Origin: a candidate division WOR-3 bacterium
GTDB taxonomy: Bacteria > Hydrothermota > Tepidihabitantia > Tepidihabitantales > Tepidihabitantaceae
Assembly: GCA_039801245.1 (NCBI GenBank)
Contig: JBDRUF010000003.1
Coordinates: forward strand, 1 to 62,607
Length of the DNA: 62,607 nucleotides
Direction: 5' to 3'
The translations under genes were made by a program, and so were the position numbers. This document shows positions 60,700 through 62,607 of the stretch, piece after piece; the first letter of the stretch is position 1; the number at the start of each line of letters is the position of its first letter. Below the pieces are notes generated by a model. The model did not search any database, was not told where the DNA came from, and worked only from the letters and a program-made list of their open reading frames with translations.

Positions 60700-62607
60700 T
60701 TACTCGGCTTCTGGGAGGTGGAAAGTGGATGGGTCGAGATTTAGCCGTTTTATAACCCTTTGTAGAGTGCGCCTGTGGGTAGAAAGGAGTTTAGCGGCAT
60801 GGGAGATATTACCGTTTGTCTTCTTTAACGCATCTATTACCTCCTCTTTGCGCAGGACGCGCCTCTTTTTCCTTTCGAATTTCGTCACATCTTTGCTGGG
60901 AGGTTTATTAAACGGGGGTCCAAAATCTTTAAGGGTAAGGATTCTGTTTGGGGTTAAAATCACCGCTCTTTCTATTGCATTCTGGAGTTCCCTGACATTT
61001 CCTGGCCAATTGTATCTTATAAAGGCAGAAATGACCTCATCCTCGAAACCAAAGACCGGCTTTTTGAACTTTACGGCATAACGGCGCAAGAAGTAATCGG
61101 CAAGAATAGGGATATCCTCAGTCCTTTCGCGGAGAGGCGGGACATGAATGGTAACCACATTTATCCGGTAAAAGAGGTCTTCTCTAAATCTGCCCGCTTT
61201 GACCTCTTCCATCAGGTCTTTGTTTGTGGCGCAAATCAGTCGGACATCAACTGTTCTTTGTTCAGTGTCACCAACCCTTCTGATTATTTTCTCCTCTAAT
61301 ACCTGCAAAAGTTTCGCCTGAATCAGCGGCGTGGTGTTGGTGATGTCGTCGAGAAAGACGGTCCCACCGTTGGCGGTCTCAAATATACCAACCTTGTCTT
61401 TAATAGCGCCGGTGAAACTTCCTTGGATGTAACCGAAGAGTTCTGACTCAAAGAGTGTTTCCGGGAGGGTGCTGCAGTTGACCGAAATAAATTTGTTGTT
61501 TCTCCGGTTACTTCGCTGATGAATGAGCTGTGCCAACACCCCTTTACCGGTCCCGGTTTCTCCAGTCAAAAGGACTGTGGAATCGGTAGGGGCGATGCGG
61601 TCAATTGCCTGATAGACATTGCCCATTACCTTTGACCTGCCCAGAACCACCTTTTCGTTGTCAATTAAAATCTCTTCACCCGGTAATCCTTCTTCCTCTT
61701 GAATCATCTGGAACGCCAGTGAGCGCTCAATGGTTGTGGCAAGGAGATTGGCAACCGCGATGAGTAAGTTACGGTCGTCTTCAGTCCAGAGGTGGGAGGT
61801 AATGCGGCTGTCAAGGTAAATAGTACCTAAAACCCGGTCTTCAACTATTAGCGGGACACACAGGAGAGAGCGAATCTTATTTAAGACGACGCTGTTGTAA
61901 CTGTTAAATCTGGGGTCGGTGAGCGCATTGGCGCTGATGAGCGGTTCACTCCGTTCCTTCACCTCCCGTAGAATAGAATAGGAAATTGCCTCGGCATCGG
62001 CCATCGTTGCCCGCTCGGTGCCACGGATAGCGACCGGGAAAAGCTGGTCGCGGTTGAGAAGGAAAATAAGCCCCCTTTCCGCCTTGGTAACTGCCAGAAG
62101 GCGGTCAAGGACCTGTTCCAGAAAGTCCTCTTTTTCAATAGCGGAGTAAATTAGTTCACTAATTTGGTAGAGGACTTTAAGGTACTCACTGCGCGCACCC
62201 GCCTTGAGCTGAGCCACCCCAAATACCCTTTTGACCTCGTTGAGGAGTTGATGGGCTCGGGCAATCTCTAATTTCGCATCAAGCTCCTGAAAGATGGTTA
62301 ATCCTTCATTTAGATTTCTCTCCACCTCTTGGAACTCATCAGGTTCGATCCTAAATTCCTCGCTTTTCCCATACTCATAGTCCCGAGCGATTCTGAGGAG
62401 CGCCTCGGCTGACGCTAAAAGGGATAGACCCAACTCATACTTTAGTCCGAGTTTGCGAAAGAGGCGGATACTCTGTTTTATCTCTTCCTTTCCCACTTCT
62501 GCGTAACCGAGATGGCATTTTGCCAAACCGGATAACCGCAAGGCAATTGGAAAACCTTTATCAGTGGGGTAACTCTTGAAGAGTTTCAGGGCACGGGTGG
62601 CGTCATA
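60700..62607 (-). CDS. Sigma-54-dependent transcriptional activator: TPR-like N-terminus, GAF sensor, AAA+ domain, Fis-type HTH; the 5' end lies beyond the window
   Basis: GETGTGKG Walker A, ESELFGYIQGSFTGA (the GAFTGA-loop region), VRELQNAIERAV, and the C-terminal GNISHAAKLLSTHRRTLQRVIKRL. The frame stays open upstream of the track start to position 62607. Confidence 0.85.
   Translation of the reverse strand, partial: YDATRALKLFKSYPTDKGFPIALRLSGLAKCHLGYAEVGKEEIKQSIRLFRKLGLKYELGLSLLASAEALLRIARDYEYGKSEEFRIEPDEFQEVERNLNEGLTIFQELDAKLEIARAHQLLNEVKRVFGVAQLKAGARSEYLKVLYQISELIYSAIEKEDFLEQVLDRLLAVTKAERGLIFLLNRDQLFPVAIRGTERATMADAEAISYSILREVKERSEPLISANALTDPRFNSYNSVVLNKIRSLLCVPLIVEDRVLGTIYLDSRITSHLWTEDDRNLLIAVANLLATTIERSLAFQMIQEEEGLPGEEILIDNEKVVLGRSKVMGNVYQAIDRIAPTDSTVLLTGETGTGKGVLAQLIHQRSNRRNNKFISVNCSTLPETLFESELFGYIQGSFTGAIKDKVGIFETANGGTVFLDDITNTTPLIQAKLLQVLEEKIIRRVGDTEQRTVDVRLICATNKDLMEEVKAGRFREDLFYRINVVTIHVPPLRERTEDIPILADYFLRRYAVKFKKPVFGFEDEVISAFIRYNWPGNVRELQNAIERAVILTPNRILTLKDFGPPFNKPPSKDVTKFERKKRRVLRKEEVIDALKKTNGNISHAAKLLSTHRRTLQRVIKRLNLDPSTFHLPEAE

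Noticed and set aside
1-62607. Search for CRISPR arrays, rRNA/tRNA genes, transposases, integrases or prophage genes
   Set aside because: I saw no regularly spaced direct repeats, no rRNA/tRNA-like sequence, and no DDE, tyrosine or serine recombinase motifs in any ORF. The accessory patches lack visible mobility genes within this window.

Overview
This is a 62.6-kb bacterial chromosomal segment. Hand counts on typical coding stretches give about 50-57% GC. There are no rRNA genes, tRNA genes or CRISPR arrays. Three secreted proteins carry T9SS-type C-terminal sorting domains, which suggests (inference only) an uncultivated FCB-superphylum-like or candidate-division organism. Most of the window is housekeeping or envelope genes: rbsK, transaldolase, a GT4/GH130 pair, PrsW, an ABC-2 exporter, pdxA, scpA, nadA, ribBA-ribH-nusB, yebC-ruvCAB, nadE, aqpZ, an S8 protease, a C25 peptidase and an M19 dipeptidase. 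Accessory or unusual content, in order of interest: (1) At 60.1-60.7 kb, a GAF-domain sigma-54 activator is followed by an AT-rich spacer. The spacer holds a perfect TGGCAC-N5-TTGC promoter, a strong SD, a 19-codon proline-rich mini-ORF and a 15-bp hairpin. A second 19-codon PPP-containing mini-ORF followed by a clean intrinsic terminator sits at 55.8-55.9 kb. (2) At 57.07-58.45 kb, a low-GC two-gene cassette (a PD-(D/E)xK nuclease-like protein translationally coupled to an unknown 206-aa protein) is a candidate uncharacterised defence module. (3) At 2.9-10.5 kb, a restriction-modification-like module comprises an Eco57I/PglX-like N6-adenine methyltransferase with a low-GC patch near its 3' end, an apparently internally deleted four-helix-bundle gene, and a PLD-nuclease/SNF2-helicase fusion. 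(4) Four stand-alone paralogs of an unrecognised ~120-aa helical protein family (2195, 2523, 11945, 52712) include copies that bracket the R-M module and a sigma-70-family factor. (5) A 133-nt long-hairpin structured element lies between convergent genes at 22.99-23.12 kb. (6) Several intergenic motifs recur. (7) Many genes have a TTGACA-N16-18-TAnnnT promoter ending only 4-9 nt before the start codon, which suggests frequent leaderless mRNAs. All product calls come from motifs read by eye. No database search was possible.
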